From Squalus acanthias (Eukaryota), in contig CM059432.1 in assembly GCA_030390025.1 (NCBI GenBank), positions 32,924,001-32,988,000 of the forward strand: a DNA stretch of 64,000 nt, given 5' to 3'. Positions 61,841-64,000 of this stretch are shown here, piece by piece. Below the pieces are notes generated by a model, which did no database searches, was not told the DNA's origin, and saw only the letters and a program-made list of their open reading frames with translations. Position 1 is the first letter of the stretch. Each line of letters starts with the position of its first letter. Both the position numbers and the translations under genes were made by a program.

Positions 61841-64000
61841 TGTGGGTAGAACAAATGAAGGACAGCGACATGATGAGTTGCTACTCCCATGTGCTTGCTG
61901 TACTAGGCCAGAGCAAACTGAGCATGCTCATACTAAACCATGTGACAATACATTACACTACTTTCCCCTTTTTAAAAAAAAATGTTTGTATTTCCCCTTG
62001 CAAATACAACTATGGTCCCACTTTTCACAGAATTACATGTACCACATAACAAAAACACCGGCTTTTTTCTTTTAAATGAACTACAAATCCTCCCAAATGA
62101 ACTACAAATTCAATTTAATAACTGGTTTGCGGAGCCTTCCTGATCTCGTTGCAAAAGGTTTTGCTGTTGTACCAATTTTCGGGCTGTTTTGTTTCCAAAC
62201 TCAAAGAAGTAGGTCCCATCACTCTGTTTCCCCACTTGATGCAACTTTGTTCACAAGACAATTCAGTACAATGGTTATGGAATGGATTCAACTCTGTGTC
62301 CAGACACTGATCAGTCCATCCATTCAAGGTGTTTTCATACACTTTTCAGTACAGAGTCCTTTTTGAGTCTCATTTGCAATCTCTGTTGCATTCACAGGAA
62401 AGCCTTTGTCAACTGCACCTAGTGTGAAAATCTCACCTTTACTCCCAACACGGGTTCTCATGTGGCAACTTTTTTTATTTGCTTATGGGCTCTGGGTGTC
62501 GCTGGCAAGGCCAGCATTTATTGCCCATCCCTAGTTGCCCTTGAGAAGGTGGTGGTGAGCCGCCGCCTTGAACTGCTGCAGTCTGTGTGGTGAAGGTACT
62601 CCCACAGTGCTGTTAAGTAGCGAGTTCCAAGATTTTGACCCAGCAACTATGAAGGATCGTCAATATACTTCTAAGTCAGGATGGTGTGTGACTTGGAGGG
62701 GAACTTGGAGGTGGTGGTGTTCCCATGCGCCTGCTGCCCTTGTCCGTCTAGCTGGTAGAGGTCGCAGGTTTGGGAGGTGCTGCCGAAGAAGCCTTGGCGA
62801 ATTGCTGCAGTGCATCTTGTAGATGGTACACACTAGCCGCGGTATGCCGGTGGTGGAGGGAGTGAATGTTTAAGGTGGTGGATGGGGTGCCAATCAAGCG
62901 GGCTGCATTGTTCTGGATGGTGTCAAGCTTCTTGAGTGTTGTTGCAGCTGCACTCATCCAGGCAAGTGGAGAGTATTCCATCACACTCCTTACTTGTGCC
63001 TTGTAGATGGTGGAAAGGCTTTGGGGAGTCAGGAGGTTAGACACTCGCCGCAGAATACCCAGCCTCTGACCTGCTCTTGCTGGTACAGTTAAGTTTCAGG
63101 TCAATGGTGACCCCCAGAATGCTGATGGTGGGGAATTCAGCGATGGTAATGGTAACCTGGACAAGGCATCTGCGATTGAGTATCGCACTTCAAAGCAAAA
63201 CTCAATCATGTAGTTATATTGTGACAACACTGCCCAACGTTGCATTCTTGATGCGGCCATTGCAGGGATGGCAGATTTGGACCCCAATATTGCTTGGAGT
63301 GGTTTGCGATCGGTTATCAGGGTAAACTTTTTGCCGATCAGGGACTGTTGGAATTTCTTGATTCCAAACACTGGCGAGCGCTTCCTTTTCAATTTGTGCG
63401 TAGTTTCTTTTGCGCTTTGTGAGGGTTCGTGATGTGAACGCGATTGATTTCTCTTGGCTGTCATCCATTACGTGGGTTATGACAGCTCCCACACCGTAAC
63501 TGGAAGCATCGCACGCTAATTTAAGCTCACGCTCTGTGTTGTAGTGCACAAGTAGAGCATCGCAAGAGAGACTTCTCTTACAAGCGTCGTAAGCTTCCTG
63601 TTGTGCTTTTGTCCACTTCCACTGGACATCCTTGAGCTCATGCAATGGAGCTAACGTGATCGCTAACTCGGAAGAAACGTGCGTAGTACGGGACCATTCC
63701 AAGGAAAGATCTTGACTCAGACACGTTCTGTGGCTTTGGAGCATTGATGACAGCATCAACCGTTTCCTTAACTGGTTGCAATCCATTTACATCAACTTTC
63801 AGACCAAGGTACACAACCCCGGGCTGCACAAAAGCACATTTGCTCCTTTTCAATTTGACATTGTGGAAATTCAACCTTTTGAAGCACTAAATCTAACACT
63901 TCTAGATTTTCTTCCTCGCTGCTTGTTGCGATCAGCACATTGTCTTGATTGCATAAGCAATTTGGAACTCCTTGCAAAATCTTATCCATCGTAGCCTGGA
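61841..64000 (-). mobile_element. Gypsy LTR retrotransposon remnant (RT/RNase H at 63150-64000; possible 3' LTR 61841-62057), interrupted by a LINE fragment at 62470-63150
   Basis: LACDASSYGVGAV, NYAQIEKEALA, TDRKPL, ADALSRLP, YLGLKV; purine tract before TG at 62057. Confidence 0.8.

Overview
Eukaryotic, repeat-dense DNA, most likely from a cartilaginous fish (inferred from the tRNA/Deu-type SINEs and the CR1, L2, Penelope and Harbinger repertoire). Most ORFs in the supplied track are transposon fragments or antisense noise. Two spliced host genes can be assembled by hand, arranged head to head. (1) Minus strand: an eIF2-alpha kinase with PKR-like intron positions (exons 4106-4277, 8929-9036, 11225-11344, 16543-17187, 18499-18566, plus probable upstream exons at 25604-25984). 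It has a perfect ISRE at 26116-26127 but no recognisable dsRNA-binding or Z-alpha domain, and its DFG-containing C-lobe lies left of the window. (2) Plus strand: a secreted cathelin-domain (cathelicidin-like) gene (exons 36683-36859, 37890-38000, 39308-39403, 53916-53960) with an atypical C-terminus. Its 14.5 kb third intron is a stack of nested elements: CR1, a near-intact two-gene Harbinger, a SINE, and a full-length Tx1-type LINE inserted in the SINE's tRNA head and itself carrying a CR1. Also present: an RTE LINE with a twin-priming-type 5' inversion, nested MITEs, a solo LTR, a Penelope element and a Gypsy remnant. All exon models are manual and have not been checked against transcripts.
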